Below are positions 28,269 through 38,840 of a DNA stretch of 64,000 nucleotides, piece after piece. Each line of letters opens with the position of its first letter. The stretch's first letter is position 1. The notes under the pieces are model-generated. The model was not told the origin of the DNA. It worked only from the letters and a program-made list of their open reading frames with translations, and did no database searches. The DNA comes from Candidatus Eiseniibacteriota bacterium (GTDB lineage Bacteria > Eisenbacteria > RBG-16-71-46). The position numbers and the translations under genes were made by a program. The stretch covers positions 3,264,001 through 3,328,000 of the forward strand of contig OY970342.1 of assembly GCA_963717505.1 (NCBI GenBank), read 5' to 3'.

Positions 28269-29879
28269 GTGGTATTGATCCGAGCCCTTAGGCATACCGG
28301 GCCGTTGTCACTCTTCTTGGTGTTGCTCGTCGCGCCCCTACCTTCTCCGCTGTGCGCACAGACGGTCGTCACCCCACGTTTGACGCTGGACGACCCCGTG
28401 ATCCTGGATCAGGACGATCTGTGTATCTGGGTCCACCCCTCGGATCCCGCCCTCAGCCTGCTCGTCACTTCCGACAAGGCTGCCAGCAAGCTGTTCGTCT
28501 ACGACCTCGAAGGCACCACGCTTCAGGTCGTCGATCTGCCGGGCGGGCAGCCGGGCAACATCGACCTGCGCTACAACTTCGATCTCCAGGGCAGCGCCAC
28601 GGACATCATCGCCGTCAACGACCGAAACAGCCGCAAGCTGTTCTTCTACCGCGTCGATCCGACCACCCGTCAGATCGAGCGCATCGACAACAACGCGATT
28701 GGCACGGCATCGAGCAACTACGGACTCTCGCTCTACATCAGCCCGATGACCGGCAAGTACTACTGCTTCTCTTCGACCGAGAGCGGGGTCATCGAGCAGT
28801 TCGAGCTGGCCGACGTCGGCGGACAGATCGGCGGAACGGTGGTTCGCAGCTGGGACATCGGCGGCATCACCGAGGGCTCGGTGTGCGATGACGAAAACGC
28901 CGTCGTCTACTTCGGCGAGGAAGACGTCGGCATCTGGCGAATTGGCGCCGAGCCGAACGATCCCACAGTGGGCACTGAGGTCACCGCGGTCGGGGATTCG
29001 TCCGGCATCGTCGCCGACATCGAGGGTCTGACCCTTTACTACGCGGCGGACGGTGAGGGCTACCTGATCGCCTCGAGCCAGGGGAACGACTCCTACCGGG
29101 TCTTCCAGCGCAAAGCGCCGAATGCATTCGTCGGTTCGATCATGGTCACCGGCGTCGGCGGCACGGATGGCATCGACGTGATCAACGTCAATCTCGGTCC
29201 GGCGTTCCCACAGGGGCTGTTCGCGGTGCACAACGACATGGCGCGCCCGCGCACCATCGAGGTCTGTGGATACGAAGACCTGGGTCTGTCGATCGACACC
29301 GACTATTGGGATCCACGCGAAGGCGCGGGGGTCGCCACGCTCATCGCGCTGGGCACCGTCCAGGCGGAACCCGGGCGAGTGCAGCTCACCTGGTACGGCG
29401 GTGATGCTCGAGGTCGCTCGGTTTCGGTGTACCGGCGCACCGACGCATCGGTCTGGTCGTGGCTGTCGAACGAAGTGGTCGACGGCAACGGCCGCGTGCA
29501 GTTCGAGGACGACGACGTTCAGCCGGGCGTGCGCTACGGGTACCGGCTCGGCATCCAGGAATCCGGCATGGAACTCTTCCTGGGCGAGGTCTGGGTGGAC
29601 GTTCCCTCGGGATTCCAGCTCGCGCTCCAGGGCTTGCGGCCGAATCCGTCGGAACGCGACTTGGTGATCGCGTTTTCGCTGCGCGACCAGAGTCCCGCGG
29701 ACCTCGAGATCTTCGACGCCTCCGGCCGCCGCCAGTGGTCGCAGCGCGTGGAGTCCCTGGGTCCGGGGAACCACGTCATGAACGTGGGGCGCATGGTCGC
29801 CCTGCCGCCCGGGGTCTACCTGATGCGAATCACCCAGGCCGGTGTTTCGGTGACACGTCGCGGGATCCTGCTGAACTAG
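28269..29879 (+). CDS. Beta-propeller phytase (3-phytase) with C-terminal sorting-like domain
   Basis: 'DDLCIWVHP', 'TEGSVCDDE', 'ADIEGL', 'YLIASSQG' and 'TDGIDV'; C-terminus 'RPNPS...IFDASGR...PGVYL'. Confidence 0.85.
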   Translation: MVLIRALRHTGPLSLFLVLLVAPLPSPLCAQTVVTPRLTLDDPVILDQDDLCIWVHPSDPALSLLVTSDKAASKLFVYDLEGTTLQVVDLPGGQPGNIDLRYNFDLQGSATDIIAVNDRNSRKLFFYRVDPTTRQIERIDNNAIGTASSNYGLSLYISPMTGKYYCFSSTESGVIEQFELADVGGQIGGTVVRSWDIGGITEGSVCDDENAVVYFGEEDVGIWRIGAEPNDPTVGTEVTAVGDSSGIVADIEGLTLYYAADGEGYLIASSQGNDSYRVFQRKAPNAFVGSIMVTGVGGTDGIDVINVNLGPAFPQGLFAVHNDMARPRTIEVCGYEDLGLSIDTDYWDPREGAGVATLIALGTVQAEPGRVQLTWYGGDARGRSVSVYRRTDASVWSWLSNEVVDGNGRVQFEDDDVQPGVRYGYRLGIQESGMELFLGEVWVDVPSGFQLALQGLRPNPSERDLVIAFSLRDQSPADLEIFDASGRRQWSQRVESLGPGNHVMNVGRMVALPPGVYLMRITQAGVSVTRRGILLN

Positions 29880-29941
29880 TCGGCTGAGTCCCCGGGCCAC
29901 CGGGGCTCGCGAATTCGGGAGCCGATGCCGATACTTCCGGG

Positions 29942-30382
29942 ATGAAGAACGCGCGCCAGAAAGACGTCGCCGAACCCAACTGCGTCGCTCTACCGTGGCG
30001 TTCGGTCTGCGGCGGTATCGGCCTGAGGGTCCTGGCCGGGCTCGCGATTGTCTCCCTCGCCAGTTGCGCCACCAACCGCGTGGTGGCTCATTCGTCGGCG
30101 GCGGTCGGCATCGCGTCGTACTACGGCAAGAAGTTCCACGGACGACCGACCGCGAGCGGCGAGCGCTTCGACATGCATGCCTTGACCGCGGCCCACCGCA
30201 CGCTGCCCTTCGGGACGCGGGTCCGGGTCACCAACCTCGAGAACGGAACGCGCGTCGTCCTGCGCATCAACGATCGCGGCCCCTCGAGCCGTGAACGCAT
30301 CATCGACGTGTCGTACGGCGCGGCTCGCGAGCTCGGGTTCGTCACTCAGGGGTTGACTCGCGTTCGCGTCGAGGTCCTGTAA
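29942..30382 (+). CDS. rlpA: Septal ring lytic transglycosylase RlpA family lipoprotein
   Basis: Lipobox 'LASC'; 'GIASYYG...TASGERFD...TAAHRTLPFGT...INDRGP'. Confidence 0.9.
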   Translation: MKNARQKDVAEPNCVALPWRSVCGGIGLRVLAGLAIVSLASCATNRVVAHSSAAVGIASYYGKKFHGRPTASGERFDMHALTAAHRTLPFGTRVRVTNLENGTRVVLRINDRGPSSRERIIDVSYGAARELGFVTQGLTRVRVEVL

Positions 30383-30391
30383 CATGCGCGG

Positions 30392-30994
30392 ATGCGCACG
30401 CGTGGTACGCACTTCACGGCCCTGATGCTGACCGCGGTCTTGGCCGGAGCGGCCGAGGCCCAACCCGCCGCCGTCGATCCGATTCCAGCCGACTCCGCAG
30501 CCAGCGTGGAATCGGTCACCACGCCCCCGGCCAAGGCCGCGAGCACTCCGCTCAGCCAGCGTATCTACTACGGCGGAAGTTTCACGTTCTCGATCGGCTC
30601 GACCACCCGCATCGGGATCTTCCCCTCGGTGGCGTACAAGATCACGCCCAAGACGTCGGGCGGGATCGGCCTCAGCTACGAGTACGTCGACTACGAGGGC
30701 CCCGGTCGATCCGGCCACAACTACGGGGTCAGCACCTTCGCGCGCTACCGCATCCTGCCCCAGATCTACGGGCACGCCGAGTATCGCGTCAGCAGCTACC
30801 AGCTGTTCACCACGCCCGACGACTCACGCCGCACGACCGTACCGTTCCTCCTGCTGGGCGGCGGGTACGTGAATCAGATCAGCCCACGAACCTGGGCGTA
30901 CGTCGAAATACTGTTCGACGTGCTCAACGACCCGAACTCGCCCTATCCCGAGGGCGAGCCGGTCGGGAACATCGGGGTCTCGGTCGGTTTCTAG
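30392..30994 (+). CDS. Secreted outer-membrane beta-barrel-like hypothetical protein
   Basis: Signal peptide, alternating beta-strand pattern and C-terminal Phe ('IGVSVGF'). Confidence 0.65.
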   Translation: MRTRGTHFTALMLTAVLAGAAEAQPAAVDPIPADSAASVESVTTPPAKAASTPLSQRIYYGGSFTFSIGSTTRIGIFPSVAYKITPKTSGGIGLSYEYVDYEGPGRSGHNYGVSTFARYRILPQIYGHAEYRVSSYQLFTTPDDSRRTTVPFLLLGGGYVNQISPRTWAYVEILFDVLNDPNSPYPEGEPVGNIGVSVGF

Positions 30995-31001
30995 ACGGCG
31001 G

Positions 31002-33440
31002 TCAACGGACGACCACCATCCGCTGCCGCACGCGTAGCCCGTCCCCGGTCAGACTGAGGAAGTAGACGCCGGGAGCGATGCCCGGAGCCGCCCAGGGGAT
31101 TTCGTGCCGTCCGGCAGCCTGCACACCGCGCGCCAGGGTTTCCACCCGCCGGCCGCGAACATCGTAGACCTCGAGCGTGACGTCGGCGGCCCGCACCAGC
31201 TCGAACGCGACGCGACCGCCGGGCCGGAACGGATTCGGTCGCGCCGCCAGAACCGTCGGCCGGATCGGCTCGGGCACAGCGGCGTTGGCCGCATCACTCC
31301 ACGACAACGCCCAGACGTCGTTGCGCAGAACGAATTCTCCATCCCAGCCACCGAAGACCACGATCCGCTCGCGCCCGGGATCGAGTACCGCCACCTGCTC
31401 GCTGCGTGGGGGAGGAACCGATCCGGGGGCCAGCAGCTCCCACGCGGGAGCATCGCCGAGAGTCAGCGTCCAGACTTCGCTCGACGGCCCTTCGCTCGTG
31501 AGTCCGCCGTGGATCAGAAGCCGGTCATGGGCCGCGTCGAACAGGGCAACATGTCCCCAGCGCGCCCCGGGTGCCGAACCGCCGGGCAGAAGCTGCGTCC
31601 ACTCGGGCTGATTGCCGAGCGACAGCGCCCAGACATCGTCGAGCGCGATTCCCGACGCCGATCGTCCGCCAAACACGATGAGTCGATCGCTGTTCGAGTC
31701 GTAGGCCGCTCCGTGACCGCGGCGCGGCGACGGCTGGCTGCCGGCCGGCGACATCACCGACCACGTCGACCCGTCGAGTGACAGGGTCCAGACATCGTTG
31801 ACCGGGGAGCCCGAAGCGGTCGGCCCGCCCCCGAACACGATCATGCGATCGCGAATCGGGTCGAAGGTCGCGCTGTGACCGCGGAGCGGACCCGGCGCCG
31901 TGCCGGTCGGGGTCCATGCGGTCCACGTCAGACCCGCGAGATCGAGCGACCAGACGTCGGAGGTCGCCGGCGCATAGCGGCTCGGCGCGCCTCCGAATAC
32001 GACCATTCGGTCGCGCGAGGGATCGACAATCGCGGCATGATCGAGCCGCGCCGCCGGCAACGTTCCATTCGGAGCGGCGACCGTCCACGCCGGCGCGCCA
32101 CCGAGTGGCAGGACATTGATCGCTCGAGTCGTCGGGTTGGTGGCCCCGCCATCGTTGCGATACCCACCGCTCTCGCCGCCGAAGACCACGATCCGGTCGC
32201 GCGCCGCGTCGTGAACCGCAGACGAAGACAGAAGCCCGGTCGGCGACGCACCGGCCGGGGCCAACTCGCCCCAGGACTGGACGTCACCGAGGTCCAACGA
32301 CCAGACGTCGCGTAGCGGCAGGTCGTTCCCGTCCTCGCCACCGTAGGCGACCATGCGTTCCCGCGCGGGGTCCAGAATCGCGACATGTCCGAATCGTGCG
32401 ATCGGCGGCGCACCCGCCGGCGTGAGCGGCGCCCACGAGGGCTCGCCGTCGAGTGACATTGCCCAGGCTTCGACTGAAGCCCCGACGCTCTCGCCGCCGA
32501 ACACCACCATCGTGTGCTGGATCGGGTCGTAGACCGCGGTGTGGGCCCAGCGCCCTGCGGGTGTGGATCCGGAGGGAGCGAGCTCAGTCCACGTCGGCAT
32601 GGCATCGAGCGAGAGCTGCCACACGTCAGCGCGGTCGTTCCAACCCCCGTAGACGATCATCCGATCGCCTGCCGGATCCACGATCGCCGAATGATGATCA
32701 CGACCCTCGGGACCTGTGCCCGACGGCGCCAGCTCGGTCCAGGTCGGCGTTCCCGAGAGGGTCAGCTCCCAGACGTCCTGAAGCGGGCCGTTGTTCCAAC
32801 CACCGAAGACGATCATCCGGTTGCGCGCCGCGTCGATCACGGCGGTGTGCCCGCGCCGGATCAGAGGCGGCGTTCCGGCGGTGGTCACCGGAGTCCACGT
32901 CGGCGGATCGGCGAGCGTCAGCGACCACAGGTCGGCGCCGCCACCAAACACAAGAATGCGATCGCCCGCGGGATCGTAAACCGCGCTGTGTCCCGAGAGC
33001 AGTCCCGGGGGCGAACCGCCCGGGGTCAGAGGCTGCCAGGCAGGATCATCGCCGAGCGCCAGAGCCCAGGCATCGCCGTAGCCGATTCCGGCCCACCAGT
33101 CCTCGCCACCGAGAACAACCATTCGATCACGGACCGGGTCGTGGATTGCCGCATGCCAGGAACGCTGCGCCGGAGTCGGCAGCAGGTTCCAGGAAACATC
33201 GCCCGCCGTCAGCGTCGAGGCTCGAAGACCACCCGATTCAGCCATCCGCAACGTGAACCCGCGTTCTGCCGGACGACCGAGGCGCGAGGCCAGCTCGCGA
33301 TTCCACCCCTCGTTCAGTACCTGGCGCGCGCGCGTGGGATCTGGCCCGGGTGACGCCACTCGGGCCGTCGCCACGCCAGTCGCGACCAACGTGGCGGCCA
33401 GAACCAGGGCACCGACCGAGCCGGAAGAATGGATGGTCAA
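31002..33440 (-). CDS. Kelch-repeat beta-propeller protein with C-terminal sorting-like domain
   Basis: About 12 repeats of 'RxxHxAxxDxxxxRMxVFGG...DVWxLxL'; C-terminus 'RPNPF...VYDVRGRRV'. TTG start inferred from a GGAG RBS. Confidence 0.85.
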   Translation of the reverse strand: MTIHSSGSVGALVLAATLVATGVATARVASPGPDPTRARQVLNEGWNRELASRLGRPAERGFTLRMAESGGLRASTLTAGDVSWNLLPTPAQRSWHAAIHDPVRDRMVVLGGEDWWAGIGYGDAWALALGDDPAWQPLTPGGSPPGLLSGHSAVYDPAGDRILVFGGGADLWSLTLADPPTWTPVTTAGTPPLIRRGHTAVIDAARNRMIVFGGWNNGPLQDVWELTLSGTPTWTELAPSGTGPEGRDHHSAIVDPAGDRMIVYGGWNDRADVWQLSLDAMPTWTELAPSGSTPAGRWAHTAVYDPIQHTMVVFGGESVGASVEAWAMSLDGEPSWAPLTPAGAPPIARFGHVAILDPARERMVAYGGEDGNDLPLRDVWSLDLGDVQSWGELAPAGASPTGLLSSSAVHDAARDRIVVFGGESGGYRNDGGATNPTTRAINVLPLGGAPAWTVAAPNGTLPAARLDHAAIVDPSRDRMVVFGGAPSRYAPATSDVWSLDLAGLTWTAWTPTGTAPGPLRGHSATFDPIRDRMIVFGGGPTASGSPVNDVWTLSLDGSTWSVMSPAGSQPSPRRGHGAAYDSNSDRLIVFGGRSASGIALDDVWALSLGNQPEWTQLLPGGSAPGARWGHVALFDAAHDRLLIHGGLTSEGPSSEVWTLTLGDAPAWELLAPGSVPPPRSEQVAVLDPGRERIVVFGGWDGEFVLRNDVWALSWSDAANAAVPEPIRPTVLAARPNPFRPGGRVAFELVRAADVTLEVYDVRGRRVETLARGVQAAGRHEIPWAAPGIAPGVYFLSLTGDGLRVRQRMVVVR

Positions 33441-33729
33441 CCGAGGTCTCCATGGGCGTCGGCTGGGCCGACAGTTTCCGAGTGACGTCTCGAATTCGTC
33501 TCCACCTCCAGAAAACACTGGAGCTGGAGCCCGCAAGTGATAGCTGGAACGTCGGATCACCAACACGACACGACTCCCTTCGCGGCGCGCGTGATGCGCA
33601 AGTGCGAGCACCGGGCAGTGCGATCGAGGAAGCGCAGTCGAGGAGGTTTACGCTTTAGCGCCGGTGGACGCGCAATTCAAGGGAGTAGGGGCAAGATCCG
33701 GGCCGTGCTCCATGCCCGAAATTAGGCGG

Positions 33730-35067
33730 CTACGCGTCGGTCTGGAGTCCGAGCTTGCGCAGCTTTTTGTACAAATGACTGCGCTCGATTCCCAATTTCT
33801 CCGCGGCGCGCGTGACGTTGCCACCCGCCGCCTCGAGGGCGCGTTCGATCTGCTCGCGCTCGAACCGGCGCATCGTGTCGGCGAGTCGACCGGACTCCTC
33901 GGTCGCGGGCTCGGCGGCGGACGGCAGGACGGCGCGTACCTCGGCCGCGCTGATGGCGGGCCCGCGGCTCATGATCGCCAGCCGTTCGACCAGATTCCTC
34001 AATTCCCGGACGTTGCCCGGAAATCGGTAGCCCGCGAACACCGCCATCGCCTCCGGCGCGAAGGCGCGGGCCGCACTCGGGACATCGCGCGCAACCTGCG
34101 CCAGGAAATGCTCGACCAGGAGCGGCACATCCTCGCGCCGATCACGTAGCGGGGGCACTGTCAACGGGATCACCGCCAGACGGAAATAGAGATCCTCGCG
34201 AAAAGCTCCCGTCTGTGCGGCAGCCGACAGATCGCGATTGGTCGCCGAGACGACGCGGACGTCGACCCGCACGCCGCGACTGCCGCCGACCCGGGTGAGC
34301 TCGCCTTCCTGGAGGACCCGCAGCAGCTTGGTCTGCGCGCGCGGGCTCAGGTCGGCGACCTCGTCGAGGAACAGCGTGCCGCCGTCGGCTTCCTCGAACC
34401 GGCCGCGACGTGCTTGAGTGGCGCCAGTAAATGACCCGCGTTCGTGGCCGAACAGCTCGGATTCGATCAGCTCCTCGGGAATCGCCGAGCAGTTGACGGC
34501 GATGAACGGACGGTCGCGCCGAGGACTCGCCTGATGGAGCCCGCGCGCGACCAGCTCCTTGCCGGTCCCGTGCTCGCCCTGGATCAGGACGCGAGCCGAC
34601 GTCGGGCCGATCCGTTCGATGTCGGTGATCAGGGCCCGAAGCGCCGGCGATCGCCCGATGATCCCGCTGATGCGCGACTTCCGCAGCCGACGATTCTCCG
34701 ACTGGAGCGCGCGGGCTTCGCCTGCGTTGCGGAGCAGGACCAGCAGGCGATCGAGCCCGATCGGCTTCTCGAGGAAGTCGTAGGCCCCGAGCCTCGTCGC
34801 CCGCACGGCGGCTTCGATGCTCGCCTGACCCGACATCATGATCACCACCGTTTCGGGCGCGGCCGCCGCGATTTCAGCCAGCAGATCGAGCCCATTGCCG
34901 CTCGGAAACGAGACGTCGAGCAACACGAAGTCATAGGCTTCGCGCAGCATCGGCCGAGCCTCGTCGGGCGAGGACGCGACCTCGACCTGAAAACCCTCAC
35001 GACCGAGGGCCCCAGCCAGGCTCGAACGGATCCCGGGTACGTCGTCGACCACCAGAATCGTAGGCAC
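33730..35067 (-). CDS. Sigma-54-dependent response regulator (NtrX/NtrC family)
   Basis: REC 'ILVVDD', 'GEHGTGKE', 'ESELFGHERGSFTGA' and a Fis-type HTH. Confidence 0.92.
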   Translation of the reverse strand: MPTILVVDDVPGIRSSLAGALGREGFQVEVASSPDEARPMLREAYDFVLLDVSFPSGNGLDLLAEIAAAAPETVVIMMSGQASIEAAVRATRLGAYDFLEKPIGLDRLLVLLRNAGEARALQSENRRLRKSRISGIIGRSPALRALITDIERIGPTSARVLIQGEHGTGKELVARGLHQASPRRDRPFIAVNCSAIPEELIESELFGHERGSFTGATQARRGRFEEADGGTLFLDEVADLSPRAQTKLLRVLQEGELTRVGGSRGVRVDVRVVSATNRDLSAAAQTGAFREDLYFRLAVIPLTVPPLRDRREDVPLLVEHFLAQVARDVPSAARAFAPEAMAVFAGYRFPGNVRELRNLVERLAIMSRGPAISAAEVRAVLPSAAEPATEESGRLADTMRRFEREQIERALEAAGGNVTRAAEKLGIERSHLYKKLRKLGLQTDA

Positions 35068-35069
35068 GT

Positions 35070-36746
35070 TCAGTTCCCGCGCTCGACCGGAAGCAGGAGG
35101 CGCACCGTGGTCCCGCGCCCCGGAGCCGAGTCGACTTCGATCGATCCGCCGTGGTCGTTCACGATCCGATCGACGATCGCGAGCCCGAGTCCACGACCTT
35201 GCCCCTTGCTCGAGAAGGTCGGGACGAACATGCGCGAGCGTGCCGCCGCGTCGAGACCCGGGCCGTTGTCGGTGACCGCGATGCGCACTTGGTGATCCTC
35301 GGTCCACGCCGAGACGCGCACACGACCGGTGTCGTCGACGGCCTCGAACGCGTTCTTCAAGAGATTGATCACCGCTTGCCGGATCTGAGCACGATCGCCC
35401 CAATAGACCGGCTCGGCCTTGAGATCCGCGAACGCCAGCCGGCCGGACTGGAGCTCGGCGCCATACAGCATCCGCAAGTCGGCGAGCAGTTCCGAAACGC
35501 GCGACCGGGCGAACTGAGGTTCGGGGAGGCTGCCGAGTTCCGAGAACTCGTCGAGCATGTGCTTGAGCGACTGCACCTCTTCGTCGACGGTGCGCACGGC
35601 CTGGTCCAGGATCGCGGGGAAATCGGAGCGCTTCTGATCGAACGAGCGCTTGAGGTCGGCGATCGACACCGCAATCGGGGTCAATGGGTTCTTGACTTCA
35701 TGCGCCACCATGCGCGCCATGGTGCTCCAGGCCGCGTGACGTTCGCTGGCCACCAGACGCCGGCGGTAGCCGTGCAGATCGGACCGCATGCGCTCGAGAG
35801 CGGTCACCAGGGTCTCGAGTTCGCGGAAGCTCTTCACTGCCAGCGGCTCATCCCATTCGCCGCGCGCAACCCGCTCCGAGAACGCGGCCAGTCGCTCGAC
35901 CGGGCGCGATACCTGTGCGGACCACAAAACCGCGAGCACCACGGCCAGCGCCACCGCGAGTAGGCCGAGCAGGGCCGACGTGGTGCGCAGCGCCGCGATC
36001 GTCTGCTCGGCTGGCCGCGTCGACGCGTGACCGGTGAGCGTGGCCTGGGCGCCCGTGCCACCGACGGCGACGCTCCGGCTCAGGAAGCCAGGCGGAGCGC
36101 TACCGCCCGCCGTCGTGTCGATGGGCAACGTCGACGCCACCGGTCCGACCGAATCCGCGAGCACCAGGTCGAGACCACTGGTTCGCTTCAGACGGTCGAG
36201 GTAGGTCTCGTCGAGCACGACGCCCCCGCGCAGGAATCCCGCCCGCTGATTCTGGTAGAGGATCGGAGTGTCGACGAACAGCGCCAGGGCCGGGCGATCG
36301 TCGAGCCGGCGCGTGCTGGGGACGTTGTCCCGGCGAGGCCGGAACTGGCTCCGGGCGGGCTGATCGGTCCCGTCGATCAATACGCCGACGGCGAGCGCCG
36401 CGTCGGAAACGACTCTTCCTGTCGTATCCGAGATGCGCAGGAAATCCAGGTCCAGCAGGAAGCGCTGCTCGGCGAGATGGTCGGCGAGGTCGCGCGGCGA
36501 CGATCCGACGAGATAGAGCCGCCTCAGCTCGGGGTCGCGCGCGAGGATCCGGACCTTGTCGGTGATTCTCACGGCTTCGGCGTCGATTTGCTCTTCGAGG
36601 ACGGCGAGGGCCGAGTTCAGGCGCTCCTCGGCTTGCCTCCGCACGGTGTCCTGGATGCGCAGGGACATGAAGTAGAGCGCTGCCGCCAGCGGCACGATGG
36701 CCGCCAGGGAGATTCCGAAGATCAGGCGCGAACGCAGGGATCTCAT
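35070..36746 (-). CDS. HAMP sensor histidine kinase (NtrY-like)
   Basis: 'AWSTMARMVAHEVKNPLTPI', N box, 'DNGPG' and 'GRGLGL'. Confidence 0.9.
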   Translation of the reverse strand: MRSLRSRLIFGISLAAIVPLAAALYFMSLRIQDTVRRQAEERLNSALAVLEEQIDAEAVRITDKVRILARDPELRRLYLVGSSPRDLADHLAEQRFLLDLDFLRISDTTGRVVSDAALAVGVLIDGTDQPARSQFRPRRDNVPSTRRLDDRPALALFVDTPILYQNQRAGFLRGGVVLDETYLDRLKRTSGLDLVLADSVGPVASTLPIDTTAGGSAPPGFLSRSVAVGGTGAQATLTGHASTRPAEQTIAALRTTSALLGLLAVALAVVLAVLWSAQVSRPVERLAAFSERVARGEWDEPLAVKSFRELETLVTALERMRSDLHGYRRRLVASERHAAWSTMARMVAHEVKNPLTPIAVSIADLKRSFDQKRSDFPAILDQAVRTVDEEVQSLKHMLDEFSELGSLPEPQFARSRVSELLADLRMLYGAELQSGRLAFADLKAEPVYWGDRAQIRQAVINLLKNAFEAVDDTGRVRVSAWTEDHQVRIAVTDNGPGLDAAARSRMFVPTFSSKGQGRGLGLAIVDRIVNDHGGSIEVDSAPGRGTTVRLLLPVERGN

Positions 36747-37879
36747 CGCGGATTCCCGGTGGGGAGGCAGACGTTCATGTTGGCGAAGTGATAGGCGCCA
36801 AGCCTCGTGACCAGCGCGTGCAGCCCGCGCCTGGGGACCACGGCGCAACGGATTGCGAACACCGGCATGGCGTCCAAGACGAAAAGGGAGTCGGGGACCA
36901 CGGATCCACCCCAGGCGACGTGCCGGTCCACGTACGTAAGGCGCCGGCGAAATTCCGCGGGCCGCTCGGCCCCACGGTTGAGAAACCGCCCGATCGTCGC
37001 GTGTCCGGGCATGGTGCTGTCGACGGCGATGCTCCACAGGGTGTCGTGGGGAGCGACGTTTCCCGGCCCACCCGGCCAGGGCAGAAGGTCGCCTCGAAAC
37101 AGCTGCTCGTTGAGCTCGGAAAAGACCCGCAGCGGCGCCCCGGCGAACAGGACCACACCGCGATCGCGCACCGTCAATACGACGCCCTGGTCCAGGTTCC
37201 TTCGTGCCGCCGGTGACAACTCGCCCGGCCAGAAAACACCAACGTCCAGGTCGCCGCGCTCGAGCGCAATCTCCTGGTCGGCTGCGTCGTCGAAACGCCG
37301 AACGATCAGGGTATCCGGCCAGCCACCGAGGAGCTGCGGGTCGCCCACGAAGCGACTCGATCCGTCCTGAAGGGTCTCGATCGACTCCGCGTAAGCCGGA
37401 CTGACGGGTGGTCGCAGGGAAGGCTCGGCGCAGGCGAACAACAGGCTCGGTCTACGAGCGGATGGAAACCCGATCCGGAGAACCGTGGGCCTGGTCGAGA
37501 GTGGCGCTTCCGCCAGCGTTCGGATTCGATCCAGTTTCTTGATCTTGCCGAGCGAACCCGAAGTCAGCGCAGCCACCGCCAATCCATCCTGGAACGACCG
37601 CAGCACGGTTCCGGTTGCCGCTGTCTTGCCGCGGTACTGAAACGTGAGGCGCGCGCCATCGATCAGCGCCGTCGAGTCCGCAGGCGCTGCCAACAGGTAG
37701 ACGCGGTTCTCGCGCACCGCGATCACAGTCGCGTTCACTTCGCGCGGTTGGGCGTCGGCGGAACGTGCGAGCGCGAAGAACCCGAGCAGCGTGAACCGGA
37801 AGAGGGGCCACCAGCCCGGGCGGTGCGAAGGTCGTTCCGGGTGTGTCCGAAACGGCAACCACCGCGTCAATGAAGCCAC
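36743..37879 (-). CDS. Exported hypothetical protein, translationally coupled to the kinase
   Basis: ATGA overlap with the kinase and a signal-like segment ending 'ARSADA-Q'; start uncertain. Confidence 0.6.
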   Translation of the reverse strand: MASLTRWLPFRTHPERPSHRPGWWPLFRFTLLGFFALARSADAQPREVNATVIAVRENRVYLLAAPADSTALIDGARLTFQYRGKTAATGTVLRSFQDGLAVAALTSGSLGKIKKLDRIRTLAEAPLSTRPTVLRIGFPSARRPSLLFACAEPSLRPPVSPAYAESIETLQDGSSRFVGDPQLLGGWPDTLIVRRFDDAADQEIALERGDLDVGVFWPGELSPAARRNLDQGVVLTVRDRGVVLFAGAPLRVFSELNEQLFRGDLLPWPGGPGNVAPHDTLWSIAVDSTMPGHATIGRFLNRGAERPAEFRRRLTYVDRHVAWGGSVVPDSLFVLDAMPVFAIRCAVVPRRGLHALVTRLGAYHFANMNVCLPTGNPR

Positions 37880-38145
37880 ATGGTCTCGAATGGCCGAATT
37901 CCTCGCGTCCCGAATGGGGTCGAGGTTGGGTTTCGGCACACACCGTGTCAAGCATGACACGCCTGGTTCGTGTGTGTTTCGAGGCACGTCCTGCAACCTA
38001 TTGGCAGTCATGGATATGCGTGTGCGGCACGGGCATTGATCTAGTGAGCTAGAGAAGCGTCGCTTGGACGCCGAATGTTCGCCGCCACCGCATCCCGGCG
38101 CGGAACCGCGAACCCATGAGCTCGATGCCGGAAAGGAGATGGACC

Positions 38146-38724
38146 ATGAAGTTCGCTCACCAGAATTCCCTGTCCCTCGCGGCACTCGCCCTGACCGCGA
38201 TCATCGCGGCCGGCTGCGGCAGCTCGAGCCGCAAGAGCACGACCGAGGATGCCGGCGCAAAAGTCCAGGAGACACCCGTAGCCGAGAATGAAGCGACCTA
38301 TGCGACGTATCGACACGACGAGGCCGGCGACGTGGATCCGGCCTCGGGTGAAGTGAAGTCGCAGATTCCGATGGCCCGCTCGGGCGATCCGCAGCCTCCG
38401 GACGTCGAGGTCACGCTGTCGGACACTTCGGTTCAGCGGCGCGATCGGGTGGACGTCACCGCTCGCACCACCGCCGATGCGGTCGAGGTCGTCCTGTTTG
38501 ACGGCATCGGCGAGAAGCAGGCGCTCACCTACGACGAGTCGGCGAACGTGTGGCGTGGCTCCTACCGGGTTCCGCTGCGGGCGCCGGACCGGCATGGACT
38601 GTCCGTGACGGCAAAAGACGGGTCGAACCGGTGGCGCCGCGTCTGGGCGTTCCTCGACCTCACCGAGCAGCAGCCGGCGGCCGCGGTGGATTCGTCTTCC
38701 ATGTCCGGGGAAGTCTCCAAGTAG
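38146..38724 (+). CDS. Lipoprotein with Ig-like domain, function unknown
   Basis: AGGAG RBS; lipobox 'AAGC'. Confidence 0.75.
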   Translation: MKFAHQNSLSLAALALTAIIAAGCGSSSRKSTTEDAGAKVQETPVAENEATYATYRHDEAGDVDPASGEVKSQIPMARSGDPQPPDVEVTLSDTSVQRRDRVDVTARTTADAVEVVLFDGIGEKQALTYDESANVWRGSYRVPLRAPDRHGLSVTAKDGSNRWRRVWAFLDLTEQQPAAAVDSSSMSGEVSK

Positions 38725-38745
38725 CGCTACGCAGCCGCACCGAGA

Positions 38746-38776
38746 GCCGGGCAGGGCACGACGCTCTGCCCGGTTT
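38746..38776 (+). terminator. Probable terminator hairpin
   Basis: GCCGGGCAGGGC-ACGAC-GCTCTGCCCGGT followed by TT. Confidence 0.55.
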
Positions 38777-38840
38777 GGCGCAGGTGGAGGAGCATTGCGG
38801 GCGTACACTCCAGCCTGCCCGACAAACAGGAGGCCGCGTC

